A stretch of 64,000 bases of DNA from Owenia fusiformis (taxonomy: Eukaryota), in NCBI GenBank assembly GCA_903813345.2, contig CAIIXF020000001.1, positions 3,224,001 through 3,288,000 of the forward strand, given 5' to 3'. Shown piece by piece: positions 40,298 through 54,660 of this stretch (position 1 is its first letter; every line of letters starts with the position of its first letter). The position numbers and the translations under genes are program-made. Below the pieces are notes generated by a model. That model had not been told where the DNA came from. It saw nothing but the letters and a program-made list of their open reading frames with translations, and ran no database searches.

Positions 40298-43200
40298 ATG
40301 TATAGTTTTGAAGGGCAATATAAAAGAAAACCTATCCAAGCCCTGGGTGGAGCTAGTAAGAAGGTAAGAAGATATTTGAGTTTTTATGACATTTTTTATT
40401 TTTTTATTTTCAAGTCCTTGTATATACAGGCCTACGGGTCGCTTATTCAGTGATTCAGTGAACTGATGCTGTCCTCCGAGTTATTATGTAACTTGGTATT
40501 TAAGAAAATTGAGACTGATAAACACTTCATAATATTATTGGTGACAGACCAGTTTGATTTTTCATTATTTCTTTCAATGACACAATGAGTCAACAGAATT
40601 GCTTTCATTCTGGACATTCTAGAAATTGCTATTTTATTATCATATCCAAACTACTATAAAATTTGTTTCATAAAAAAATTGAAAAGTCCAACTCATCAGA
40701 GCCGTGGCAGGCTGTAAGTTTGGGGCATACTAAACAGACAAAATTGAAGTCTTGATAAATTCCTAACTAAATGTCCCTTGCCTTCATTTTAGAGGTAATA
40801 CAAACCTTGATTATTATCAAAACAAAATGATTGCGTTATTCTTACAGGAACAAAAAGATGTACTGTTAGAGAATGCACGAGCTGAGAGACAAAAGCGTGA
40901 GGTAAACTGAAGTCTGCAATTCGCATCATGATATTTAACCAATCATGAACCAAAGAGAATTTTTCAACTTGCAATTGTCTCACTCTTCTTAAATCAAACC
41001 CTGAAATAATACATGTAATTTCCATTAAGGTTCAGCTGGAAAGTAACATTTTGGTAAAAAATTGCTATACCTGCACATGTTATTTTCTGGTACAAAATTA
41101 AGTATGAAGGCATGTGTGTATTTCCTTGCTTTTTTCAGAAAAGTATCATTACACTGTCTACTTTTAGTAAACCTGGAAACAGGCCAATGGTAGCACCTGT
41201 GTTGTCTGGAAACTTTGAAAGAAAATTTGGAAAAATAGAAAGTGTGAAATATCAGAATTTCCTGCATTTCCCATTGAACTCCTACTAGATATTCTTAAAG
41301 AAGACAATGTAATGATACTTTCCTGAAAAAAGCAAGGCAATTGACACAAGTCTTCATACTTTATTTTGTACCAGAAAATAACATATGCTGGTATAGCAAT
41401 TTTTTACCAAAATGTTACTTTCCAGCTGTACCTTAAACAGACTCAGAGAATACAATACATGATACAATTAAATAAATATTTGCACTTGCACAGCCTCCAT
41501 TATTTTTGCTAAGGGTTAGGTTCTCTTTGTTCACTTTTAACGTAACTTTCCATACTTCTACATTTTGGTTATTAGTCAAGTATTTTGCTTGAAAATGTGG
41601 TTGATATTTGAAAAATGCTTTCCATAGGATAGCCGCAAACAGACACAAGCTGCTATAAAGATACAGTCATATATCAGAGGCTCTTGGGCCAGAAAGAACA
41701 AGGTGAGTGGTTAACCCTAAAAGAAGTAATACTTTTATTTATATATGGAGGAGGTCATTCAGGACCAGAAACCTCTGCACTCTCTGCAAGTGTACCAAAG
41801 AAGGAGTTACTCTTTTTCAAATCTCCAATATAAGAATTGATGTCACAATAACTAGTTATGGTGACATATATACGAGTTGTTCATAAAGTCTCTTTACACA
41901 GACTATATGAATGGTAGAGACACTCTGTATATTTAAAAAATATGTGTTATACTGTTATGTAAATTAAATGCACAAAAATCTCTTGTTGCAGAGAGAAGCA
42001 TGTAGATTACAATATGATGGAAATCTTGGCCAACTATCAAGCAACAGAGCCACACAAGAACAATTGGTTTTCCTTATCAGAAACCTAGTTTACTGCTACA
42101 GAACTGAATTAGACCAGCAAAGATTGGTAAGTAGTAGATACAAATTGTAAATATGTGTAATCAGTTCAGAAATGTATGTTTGATTCAAAGCCTTCACATG
42201 TCATTTTGTTATGCCTGTACACTGTTCTAGGAAAATTTAACTAAATTCGTTTTTAAAAGCTGGGATTACCATATTTTCTCAAAAAGAAGGTATTCTAGTA
42301 GTATTCATAGTTTTACACTGCGCCTTTTGACATTTTGTAATGCTCTTTGTAGGTTAGTCTTTGCCAGATATGTTTGAAACAGAAAGACATGGTGGCATCT
42401 ATGGTTTGTGAAGGAAGGTTGCCTCAATGGGGATCCATACTGGCCATGTGTTGTGGGTAAGAATAAAACACTTTTGTCATAATGGGAGCAATGTTTCACA
42501 AATCTAGCCCATCTATAACAACTGTCTTTGAGTAATTTTAAACTGGGATAAATTCGATTTCGATATTGCAAGATTGCAAGCATTTATATCCTGAACTCCA
42601 TTAAGTTAACTGAAAGGTCAAATACAAAATAAAAGGTCAGATATAGGAAATTATAACACGAATGTCTCAAATCTGGAACATTCACAAGATGAATTTATAG
42701 ATATGAACTTCAGTTAATGGTCCTCTTCTATAGTCCAGAATTTTGAAAAGCTCAAACAACAGAATTTATGATTAAAGTTTTCACCTTCTTATGTCTTTTG
42801 GGGCTCATTACTTTTACATTATTACAATTTTAATAGTGTACTTGTTTTGATTTTCACTTTTAGCCACCTAGCAAATATTGCAAATGAAGCCAGTCAGAAC
42901 ATTACAGTTCCATTGAGGGTTGTAGAGATATTTACAAGCAGTAAGACATATATAGAGTCTGGCCTTGATCGCTCTAGGGAAGTACAGTTTATGACACATC
43001 TCCATGGAAACCTAGTTGAAAGAGGTGAGTCTCTTTCTTGGCAATCGGTTATTATATCTTTCTGAATACATTTTGACCTAGTTTGCCAGATATTGATAAT
43101 ATGTAGAAATGTGTATAAACTAATATGTTGTTTCTTAGACAAGTGTGTGTATCTACCTTTGTTTTTATAAAATTAGGTGTACATGTACATGTATCTCTAT

Positions 43201-46200
43201 TTTTACAGGATATTTCAAGTGTATGTATGCACTAATTAACGGTAGAGTACCTGACAGTATAGAGAACTCCCCAACTCCCCCTACACCTATGGCAGCTAGT
43301 GTATATGAACTCTTGGTGAAACCTCTAGCAGTTGTCAACTATAAACATGTTACAGATAATACAAAGTAGGTCAATATATTACATGTACACTGAAATGGTA
43401 TCCCTAAAGTTTCGAATATGAATGGTATATGTATGTATGAATTGATGAATTCAACCACTCGTATCTTAATATCTTAAGCTGTGAACACCTATCCAGCCCC
43501 TTCCTACTTCACCCCAGCCTATGGGGCTTTCATTATAGTCATATCACTATTATTTCACTATCATTTTTTTTATTTGATATTCCAGACAGACGATTTTGGA
43601 GGCTTTATGTAGAGAAGTGTTCTGTGTTGAGTACTCAATACAAGCCAACAATTTTATCATACCAGCCTTGGTATATGGGAATTCCAAATTCCCATTTGCC
43701 GATATGTTGCATGCATTATTACCCAACGAGAAGACCCAACATGTCAAAGATGACGATTATAAGAGAATGATATTGACTGTGCCACAGACCCCTTGGTTAC
43801 TTGGAGTTCTATTGAAGTTATCAGAAAAATATTTAGGTAAGGTACAATTTATAACTTTATTTGAATCAGAGCCATCTGATACCATTTGTAAATACCTGGT
43901 AAGTAGTAAGTAAATGATGTTATTTGTGGGAAACTAAAGTTATGTTTATGTAGTCCAAGAATTAATTTTCAGAACTTTGTATTTGGTCAGGAAGTGAAAA
44001 CCATTTTTAAAGTTGGTAGAGAGGGGAGACAAATGAACTGTGACAGAGATATGGCATTGTACAATATTTGCTAAGCCCCAGAGATAAGGCTTAACACAGT
44101 AATGTTTCATACATCATTCTTGTTCTTGATATGTTTACAGGCTCAGTGTCGCAACAAGATCTCCTCTGTTACCTAGAAATTTTACAAGCATTGATACCAT
44201 GTCTTCCGACCCCCAAAGATCTAGGGACGTTACAACAAGAAGACTCTGATTCTGAGGATGATGATGCCATGTGTATTGAGGTTTGTATAGTTTAGAAAAT
44301 ACAGATGTTATTGTGTACACTGCTGTACATACAGTCTGTACTTATGCATATGGGACATGGATTGAACTTAATCGTGAAAATGTAAGATGACTACTGGCCA
44401 ATCCTTGTCAAAATAGAGGACATCTATTGCATTTTAAATTGAATTAAAAGAATCAGTTTAATACAGTACACTGTATGTATTTTACATTTAGATTGAACCT
44501 TACCTGAGATTCAATTTAAGTCATGTGCATGGTTATATGTTTATCAGTTTTACTGACTATCAAATCATGCACAATTTTTAGTACTGTACATGTACATATA
44601 TTTGGACATATTTTACATGCATGTATTTTTCCTTTCAGGTTGACAGTAAGCTAACAGAGCTTAAAGATGATTGCATTACAAAGATAGACGCACCCTCCCA
44701 CATAGCATGTATCATATCCACAGTACAAGACAATCCAGATGAGGCGACCATAACTGCAGTCTGCACACTTTGCCATGCTCTCATGTCAGATCAAAAAATT
44801 AGTGTGCATAAATCGGGGTAATTGAAAAACCTAATAGATCACGCCACCTATTGGTATGATGTGTTTCTTACTGTTTCATGGCTGAAATTGGATTACTGTA
44901 TTGAACTAATGGTGATGGTCTTAATACGTGTATATGCTACTTTATGGTTTAAGTTAGAATTAGATTTTAAATATAAGACCTCAGAAAGATTGATAATACT
45001 GTATCTTCATGAAGAAATACTTAAATTCTTGAATTTTTTTTTGAACATTAATATATCTTTTTGTTTAAAAGTATAATATTTGTGTGATATTATGTGTATT
45101 AAAAATTGGTGCATATTTTGTTTTATTAGATTACTGAATTCACTAGCTTACAATAGTCAATTGGTGCAATACATGTGGAAATGCTGTACTGCTGTATCTA
45201 GTCTCTCAATTACAAAGTAAGTATGTTATACAATACATCATGAAATTACTGCCTTTTAGGGTAAAACATTTTGAGTTAAGATAATTAAATATTTTGATTT
45301 TCTCCAACAGTTTAAAAGTACTATTTTCCCACTTACACCAAACTGATATGTTTTCATGACACAACTTCCTAGATTCACTTATAATTTTTCAGGATTTTGA
45401 CACAAAGACAAACTGAGTACCAAATGATTACCCTATATTATATATACTAGATGTATTACAGTTTGATTCATATGTATTTTTTCAGAAAACGGGTCCCTTT
45501 ACTGCAGCAGCTATCACGAGGGTTAGAAATATCACGGGAGAATCTTGATCAAATCGTCTCACTTTTAGCCACCTTTTGTTCTCTATTCAGTCACTCAATT
45601 ACTACCCTCCATGATTCTGAATTCCACGGTGATGAAGGTTAGTTTAAGAAATGTCATTTGTTCCGCATAGTCAAATATAATGTTTGTAATTATCCCACCG
45701 AACGAAGTTCGAGGGGGATATAGAAAAGCTGTCCGTCCATCCGTCCGTTCGTCCGTTCGTGGGTCCGGGCAATAACTCAAATACCGGTTGACAGATTTCA
45801 TTCAAATTTTATAGGCTTATGCCTTATGGGTGTAGGACCTCTGCTCGAAAAGGAATTTTCAATATGGCCGCTTAATTCAAAATGGCGGCCATTTTTCTGA
45901 GAAAATGTAATCTTTAATAACTCAAATACTAGTGGATGGATTTGGTTCAAATTTTATATACTGTTGCCTTGGTACAAAGCAGCCTTGCTAAAGAAGACAT
46001 TTTCAAGATGGCTACCAAATTTCAAAATGGCGGGCATTTTTCGTAAAAAAACTGTTATCTTTGATAACTCAAAGACCATTGAATGGATTTGGTTCAAATT
46101 TTAGATGCTGATGCCTATGGACATAGGAGCTCTGCTCGAGAAAGGATTTTCAAGATGGCAGCTAAATTTCAAAATGGCGGCCATTTTTCGTAAAAAAATG

Positions 46201-49200
46201 TTATCTTTGATAACTCAAATACCATCGAATGGATTTGGTTTAAATTTTAGATGCTGATGCCTAGGGACATAGGAGCTCTGCTCAAAAAAGGATTTTCAAG
46301 ATGGCAGCTAAATTTCAAAATGGCGGCCATTTTTCATAAAAAAACATTATCTTTGATAGCTCAATTACCCTTGAATGGATTTGGTTCAAATTTTACATGA
46401 TGATGCCAAGGGACATAGGAGCTCTGCTCGAGAAGGGATTTTCAAGGTGGTGGCTAAATTTCAAAATGGCCGCCATTTTTCATAAAAGAACGTAACCTTT
46501 GATAACTCAAATACCAGTTGACGGATTTCGTTTAAATTCTATATGCTGATGCCTAGAGACAAAGAAGTTCTGCTCAAAAATAAATATTCAAGATGGCCAC
46601 TGAATTTCAAAATGGCCGCCATTTTTCCATAAAAAACGTAATTAATGATAACTCAAATACTAGTGGATGGATTTGGTTCCAATTTTATATGCTGATGTTT
46701 AGGGAAAAAGGAGATCTGCTTCAGAAGAAATTTCAAAGGCGATAGCTGAATTTCAAAATGGCTGCCATTTTTCATTAAAAAAGTAATCTTTGATAACCCA
46801 GATACCATTGGAAGGACATTCTCTGCTAAAGAAGAAATCTAAAGATGACAACTGAATTTCAAAATGACAACCATGTTTCATAAAGACATAATCTTTGATA
46901 ATTCAAATACCAGTGGATGAATTTGGCTCAATTTTTTTTATCAAAACATGTTTTGTTCGGTGGGATTTGCCACTCCGTTGAGTTGCTGTTTTTCTAGTAT
47001 TAGTATTTTTATTTGTTGTATGATGTGTATTCATTTTTTTAATTCAATTGTTGATTTATCAGGGGCTAGTTTCGTATCTCTCGTGTTACTTGTAATTATG
47101 ATCTAAATGCCAAATGAAATATGCCATTTAAATATTGTTTGTTACTTTCAACAGGAGGTTCACATATGCCATTTAAAGTATCAGAACTTGTACCTATGAG
47201 TTTGGAATTAAGAAATGCCTGCCTTGGTATAATAGAACTGGCCCATCCTGACACCAAACCAACACTTAGGGAGGATTATAGAAAAGCATTCCAGAGTGTA
47301 GGAGTCAACCTGCTTGACACTCTGTCCAAAGAACAGCTAGAGTATAAGAGAAAGACTTGGGCTCATCTTTTCAAGGTATAAATAGAGTTACTAGACTAAA
47401 GTATATTTAACATAAATATGTCAGCACCATAAGTGGTAGCATATTGTTATATAGTCTCCAACTTTTTATATATCATGTTTGGCAGTTGGTGTTTTGCTGT
47501 TGGCAATCTGCATCTGTAACAAATGGCAGGTGGTGATATATTGCATGTTAATGCCTTGTTTCTTATATCAACACAACCATTTCAACTTTGAAGACTGACT
47601 TTGATTTGATATTTGTACATAACAGCACGGTTATTATTTATTGCGCTACTCTGCCTTCATATATTTAGTCACAATTTCAATTTAAAGGTAAATGAAAATG
47701 ATTCAAGAAAATGAAGTGTTGAGTATTTTGTGTTTGATGATATTGTATTTGTAATCAATACGTATAAATAAGCGTATTATATTGGAGTATATCTCCAGTT
47801 ATTCCCAGCTATCTATGTATTGAAGCAACTGCATTTAAAAGACATTTAATCTCATTTAGGTAATAAGCCATCTAGTGAAGCAGTTACATGCGAGGGACAC
47901 TAGGAGACCTTTCTGTTCCTTTGGGCATTGGTTGGCCCCTCAAGTGAACATACAGGCTGACAAGGTAGACTTACTCCAACAATCACATGCAACATTATTC
48001 ACAATATTATGTTGTCAGTTTCAAATAAATATACTTCTTTAAAGTGTAGTGTTAGATAATGCATAGTATGATACAGACGCATTCTTCTGCATTGCTGTAT
48101 TAATGATTAGAAAATATTTTCTTTTTCCTTTCCAGCCATCCCAGATTTTCACATCTCTAGAGCAGTTTGTGAGGAAACCATTTGGTGCAAAAAGTATTCT
48201 GAACACAGATAGATATGGTAAGTGATTTGACTGAATTGATATTAGATCATAGACCTATCCATTGATCCAAGCAAAAACACTTAGGCAAATTGGCCTACAT
48301 ATGACATTGGTTTTGAGCAATGGGGTTTATAGTGTAATTCGACACACTCAATTAAAAAAAGCCACCATTTTTCATAAAAAGTGTAATCTTTGATAACTCA
48401 AATACTAGTGGTTAGATTTGGTTCAGATTTTATATGTTATTTTTGATTTGAACCTAAATAATCTTTAATCTTTGATAACTCAAATACTACTGGTCAGATT
48501 TGGTTCAAATTTTATATCTAATTTTTTATTTGAACCTAAATTTTATCATTTCTGAGTAGGAGTTTCCGATACCTACATGTTTATGGGTCCCCTACAGGGA
48601 ACTAACGTCAATTTCAATCGAGGTCTTTTGGTCAAATCCAGGCTTGGCTGAAAGAGTAATTAGCATTTATGCTTTCTTATGATAATTTGGCTAGTGAGTG
48701 GCTATTTTGAAAATTGTGACCAAGGCTGTTCAATGGGATTTGCTACTTTTTGGTGTTGCTGTTATCTTGTTTGATGTAATAGCCTTTTGACTGCCAAGTT
48801 TTTGGAAACTGTTTGTGGGGACATTGCTCAGGAAAGCTGCTTGCTTTTTCTTTCCTATGAATAATTTGAATAATCATATATTACATATTGAAATCTGCTA
48901 ATCATTGAGTTGCCATTTTTCTTTTTTCTAATTAGCATTCCATTTGAAATTCTGATATTGATTTGTCCTAAGCTTCTTAGTTCAGGGACCTATATAAGAT
49001 AACAACAAGGTTTTAAAAAACATATTTACAATTTATACATAGAACATCATTAAATACACTTGAGCATAATAAACATTTAAAAATATACAAAAATTGACTG
49101 ATGCTGTTTTAGTTATTGTCTCTATCTAGCATCTTTTCTTGAAAGTACTACATTGTTCCATATAGCAAGGTTGATACAATAGGCATATATTCTCCGTCAC

Positions 49201-52200
49201 ACCTGGAGAACTAGATCATAAGGCCATATCAGCTGTTTGATGGTCAGTAATTAGTTGGCTTTAAAATAATGTAAACCCAGAGTCATCCTTTATGTTCTGC
49301 TCGGAACCTTTGTCTTGGTTGTCCAACTTCTCTGATTTTTTTGGCAATGTCAATGCAGCAGAAACAGCATATCTGGCCTCTCTAGCCTGGAAACAAAATT
49401 ATTTGGTTTAATGTTGTTGTCAATATAGCAAAGGTTTTATGTTTGTCATTTTATTTGTCAAATGGTATTCTTTATTATTCAACAAATACATGACATGTTT
49501 GCCATTCATTGATATCATGGTTTTCACTACATTTTTAGGAATATTCTAAGTTGCAACATGACACTTACTCTCTTTTCAATTCTATGCAGAGCTCTTTGAA
49601 GGAGGGAACGTTTGTCTTTTTCTTGTTGAGATTGTGAAAACTTTGGGTCATAAAGTGGAGACATCATCAGGATAGTTTCCATTGTGCAGTCAGCCTTTGT
49701 ATAAAAGCCGTTTTTGCCAAATTTTGAAAAGTCTATCTCTGGCCATTCATATACATGTATCTCATTCAGATCTATCACCATTGTGACCTCTTCTACTTTC
49801 TCCTCATCTTCAGCATCATTGAATGGAACAATACGATTACTTCTCCTCCATACCTGTCTCGTTTCTTTGGATTTCCAAATAGCAGTCTTGCTCATGGCAC
49901 TTCTAATCCTATGACTTCTAGTTGGTTGTTTTGCCATATTCAAGTATTTGCGTAATTCGTGTCTTTGCAGATCAACTTACAAGAATTTATCTATCAGTTT
50001 TGGTCTTGCAATCTTTTTGTTTGTGCTTACCATAGAAACAATAATTCTGTTACCAAGTAATTCTTATTGTGTTGTATGACATCACATGTCTTGTTGCTAT
50101 TAAGGATAAAGCCTATAGAAACCACTGCATTAATTGCTATGTGACATCACAATAACATTTTTAGAGCCTTATTGTAAATTCATTTAATACATTTATGACA
50201 TCACAGTAGAATAAGATTATTTAGTTGTGATGTCATATTTCAGTTTCATTCATAGAAGTGAGTGTCATGGTAACATTTATAGTTTTAGGTTTGTTTTATT
50301 TTATGTGTATCCCTTCAAATTTAGATTTTTTCTAAATTTTCATTTTTGCAATAAAACAATCTGTAATGTGTGGTTTATTGTCCACATCAGCCTTTTTGGG
50401 ATTAGGATCTCTACTTGAGTAGAAATTCTGAATGTGGGAATATTTGAAAAAAATATAATCTATGATAACTCAAATACTATTTCAGTTCAAATCTCATATG
50501 CTGATACCTGAGGGGCAAAGAAGCTATATATTTTCAAGATGGCTACTGAATTCAAAATGGCTGCCATTTTCATAAAAAATGTTATTTTTCATAACTCATA
50601 TACCAGATAACAGATTTAGTTCAAGAAGGAATTTTCAAGATGCCTGCTGAATTCCAAATGATTGCCACTGTCTAGGAAAAATATTTTTTAAGGCGCAAAT
50701 ACTGGTATAATTTTTTGTTCACAATTTTATAGGCGAATGCCTCATGGTTGTAGGACCCTCTTCCCAAAAAGAATTTATGACATAAAACCATGTCACACCA
50801 TGGGTGTAGATTTTGCCAAAAGGAGATATTTAATAATGTTATCATGTTATTTTTTATTATAAATTAGCAACTGTAACAATGAAATATTATTTTTGTAATA
50901 TTTTGGATTACCCCTAAATCTGCCTCTAATCAATTACCAAATTTCTGTTTCAGCTGAAGAAGAGGAAGGTCCCCCACTCTCCACAATGGAGGTGAAAAAT
51001 CTCACAATTCTCACTGAGTTGCCATTTGTGTTGCCATTCCAGGAGCGAGTTAAGGTTTGTTTAAGCTATTATACAAAAATATTGCCTTATACATAGGGAG
51101 GGAATGTTCAATGTGCATTTCTGACCAGGGAATGATCTTTTTATTACATGATCACTATGCTATTCAATGCATAATAAAACATAAACGACATTCTATTAAA
51201 AAATGAAATAAATATAAAAAATAGAATTGAAAATATTATATGAGCATAATTCATGGGGATTATCAGCTGATTCGAACATGACTGTATTCACGCCTTCTAA
51301 TAAACTGAACAAAGTCAATATTTCAACAGGGTTATTTTCGCGAACAATACCCCTGGTAATATGAGTAATGTGTGACGTCATAACAGCGGCCCCTAGTAAT
51401 GGCGGACCATAATGAATATTTAAAACAGTTTTCATCGAATCCTAATATAGACCCCAAAGCAGGTGTAATATCGTTGAATACACCCCTTAGTGGTAGGCAC
51501 AAAGGCTTTGGTTGTGCGGGGTGCAGAAAGCGTTTGTGTCTAGCCCTGCAGGGTGTATTCGACAATATTACCCCTACTCTTCGGTCTATATTTTTTAAAT
51601 ATGTAATACAATTCTCTAAGATATTTGTCATGCATAACATTGTACAACAACACATGTATGCTATATATTTAATTGCTAGATATTCCACAAGCTGATTCAG
51701 CGAGAAAAGACAGAACACCAAGACGACAGAGGAGGCTTTATGTTGGGTCCCGCAATTAGTGTCATGATTAGACGCAACTATATTTATGAAGATGCCTTTG
51801 ATAAACTTTCCCCTGAAAATGGTAAGTTATTATTATGGTATGCTAAATGTTGGTCAAGCTGATCTTAAAATACCAGTAGAAATGAGATTTTCCATAGTCC
51901 CGTTTTATTACATTTTGCTTGTTGCAAAAATATACGATTGACAGAATTGAAGAATTCATAGTCCTACAACTCATTCCAGAACCCAACATGAAACTGCGAA
52001 TGCGGGTCCAGTTGGTGAATGCAGCGGGTCTTGATGAAGCTGGAATAGATGGCGGTGGCATCTTCAGAGAATTCCTCAGTGTACTCCTTAAAACTGGTTT
52101 TGATCCAAATCGAGGATTCTTTAAGTCTACAAGTGATAAACTGCTGTATCCCAACTGTCAGGCCCATCTATTGGTGGATAACTACACTAAACATTTCTAC

Positions 52201-54660
52201 TTTCTTGGTAGAATGCTGGGAAAGGTGCAAACAATTTTTAATTATAATTACAAAATAATATAAATATTATGCAATTGTCTAATTGGAATAATCTCAATTA
52301 ATGTGAACTTCACAAGTATTTTTATTGATTTGTGAATTTTCTTTTATCAATAACAACTTTTGTAATTTCAGGCTTTGTATGAAAATCTGATGGTTGAGTT
52401 ACCATTTGCAAGTTTCTTTTTGTCAAAGATCTTAAGTCGACATGATAATATAGACATTGATAATCTGGCATCACTCGACCCTGACCTCTACAAGTAAGTC
52501 TTTGTTCTTTTTCTGACCTAAAAATATTGGGCTTCTTCAATTCATCATAAGGCATTTGTTTTTAACAGTCTAGTTATCCCACAAATGGTAAATCTTGTAA
52601 ATTAATGTTCATCAAGTTTTTAGAAAAAAAATCTCTTGATGAAAAAAAAATCAAGTTTTTAGACTCTACCAACATAAAATGTGGATAATCCTTTGATCAA
52701 GCTGCGAATCTAAGTAAGAGGTTTTAAGTATTAAAAAACCTTTTCATACTAGATTTTTAATTTTCTATATTTGCAGGAATTTGCTGTTTGTCAGAAACTA
52801 CGATGGAGATGTGAGTGAGCTAGGTTTAGATTTCACTGTGGGTAATGATGCATTGGGTGAGATGGAAATAGAAGAACTGAAGCCAGGTGGTCGTGACATT
52901 GCAGTTACCAAGGATAACAGGATTGAGTACATCCATCTCATGGCTCACTACAGACTGAACAAACAGGTAGGAAACAGTTTTGATGTCACTACCAACAAGT
53001 GGTGACATATTGTTATGCCACTATTTTGTGAGTGGCATTCCAAATATTCATCAGCATTTGGCTTCTTTAACACTTTTCACTGTAACCCTAATCGTTTTCT
53101 AAATTGAAATTATTTTGAACAAGTAAAAACTTGATGTACAGTATAGACAATCTGTACATGTTACATTAAAATGACATAACCGGTATAAGAAATGGCTTAT
53201 CTAGTAAGAAATGACATACTTTCATGCTTCAGCATTTACATAAGCCTTGTTTTTAAGGAGATTCATATGTACTGTTGGTATAGAGTAACAGTTGGAAATG
53301 ACTGAATTCCGTTTTATGTTCCAGATTAGACCCCACTGCTATGCATTCAGACAGGGACTGGCTGATGTTGTCAACCTGGAGTGGCTGAGAATGTTTGACC
53401 AGCATGAACTTCAAGTGCTGACATCTGGTGCTCAAGTGCCTGTTGATCTGGAAGATCTCAAAAATCATACAAATTATTCAGGTATGTACTTATCTGTATT
53501 ACATACCTAGCGAAGCATTTGTATGGAAGTCAATGGGAAAGTTAGCGAGCTATATCCACCGATATTGCCCGATTACCCCGATATAGCCCGCTTACCTCGT
53601 TTTGATATTAGATTTCTTTAATAACCATGATAATATCATGACGTCACGTCATTGATACAAAGTAACCATGGGAACAAAGGCATGTAATACATCAGTTATG
53701 TCACTATGACGTGAAATATGCCTTCGTTCTTGCCCAAATATAGAGCCTCCCAAGGTCGGCCTATATTAGGAGAACTCAGGCATATTTCACGTCATAGTGA
53801 CATAACCTCTAAGTGTTGTCCCGAACCTATAGATATCATGCTTCATTTATTCAAGTACTATAATAACTTTTTATGATTTGATGAATACAATACAAAATGC
53901 TACTGCTTTAGCATGAAAACACAAAAATTTAGTCATGTTTCAAGTCTCTCGATCCCCCTCTACTTCACCATCTTGTGAGGGTCTGTAGTTGGGGGTGGGT
54001 CCCAAAGGCCTGTATGTAGCTTGACTAACAAAGATTTTATTTTCCAGGTGGATACACATCTGACCATCCAGTTATCAAAGCTTTCTGGCAGACAGTTGCA
54101 GAATTCTCAGATAATCAGAAGCGTTACTTGCTAAAGTTTGTCACCAGTTGCTCTCGGCCGCCATTGTTAGGATTCAAGGTGAGGAAAATAAACATGCAGA
54201 TTTAAATGTTTTTAAAGTAACCTTGAATCATATTTGTCTGTACGCAGGATCTAATTCTGTATTTTCATTAACCAGTATCTTGAATGATAGGTCTTCTCTA
54301 CAATGTTTAAGGATCTTTTAGGGAGATCATAGTCTCTTACTATTTCATATTCATTTGAGACTGTACCTTATAAAAAACCAATAGGATTTTCTCAAGCTTA
54401 TAACTGAGCTGTCTTATGCATAAGTTCAAATCTGAACAGTCTTTCAGGTTTGTTTGCAGCACTATTAAGTTTATTGTTTTTTGTTGCAGGATCTATTCCC
54501 TGTGTTCTGTATCCACTGTGCCGGAAATGAGGCAGACAGATTACCAACCGCCAGTACATGTATGAACTTACTCAAGCTCCCTGAGTTCAAAGATGCTCAG
54601 ACATTGAAGACCAAACTACTCTATGCAATAGAATCACATGCAGGATTTGAACTAAGTTAA
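40298..54660 (+). CDS. UBE3C: Ubiquitin-protein ligase E3C (IQ + HECT)
   Basis: Starts [22 protein letters not shown] (40298-40363). IQ-like [11 protein letters not shown] exon 41628-41702. About 23 exons in all. HECT motifs [68 protein letters not shown] (catalytic Cys) and GFELS* ending at 54660. Confidence 0.93.
41029..41432. mobile_element. Kolobok-like MITE with long TIRs
   Basis: TTAA|GGTTCAGCTGGAAAGTAACATTTTGG... and ...CCAAAATGTTACTTTCCAGCTGTACC|TTAA; inverted match of more than 100 bp. Confidence 0.8.
45689..46998 (+). mobile_element. Helentron-associated non-autonomous element (HINE/DINE-like) with an internal ~140-bp tandem array
   Basis: Subterminal inverted repeat TCCCACCGAAC / GTTCGGTGGGA, (GTCC)n microsatellite near the 5' end, about 8 units containing GATAACTCAAATAC...CAAAATGGCGGCCATTTT, and a 3' end ...CTAGT. 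Degenerate relatives at ~48350-48770 and ~50455-50830. Confidence 0.75.
49261..49937 (-). CDS. Candidate nested antisense two-exon gene, ~164 aa, unknown function
   Basis: Exon 49937-49569 ([10 protein letters not shown]...RIEKR, donor AGA|GTAAGT, phase 0) and exon 49386-49261 (acceptor [21 protein letters not shown]...GFTLF*). Lies inside the UBE3C intron ~48218-50953. Confidence 0.6.
51455..51575. repeat. Imperfect hairpin within a probable dispersed element
   Basis: GGTGTAATATCGTTGAATACACCC ... GGGTGTATTCGACAATATTACCCC. Confidence 0.55.
53693..53807. repeat. Hairpin with 26-bp perfect arms within a probable dispersed element
   Basis: GTTATGTCACTATGACGTGAAATATGCC ... GGCATATTTCACGTCATAGTGACATAAC. 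Confidence 0.7.
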
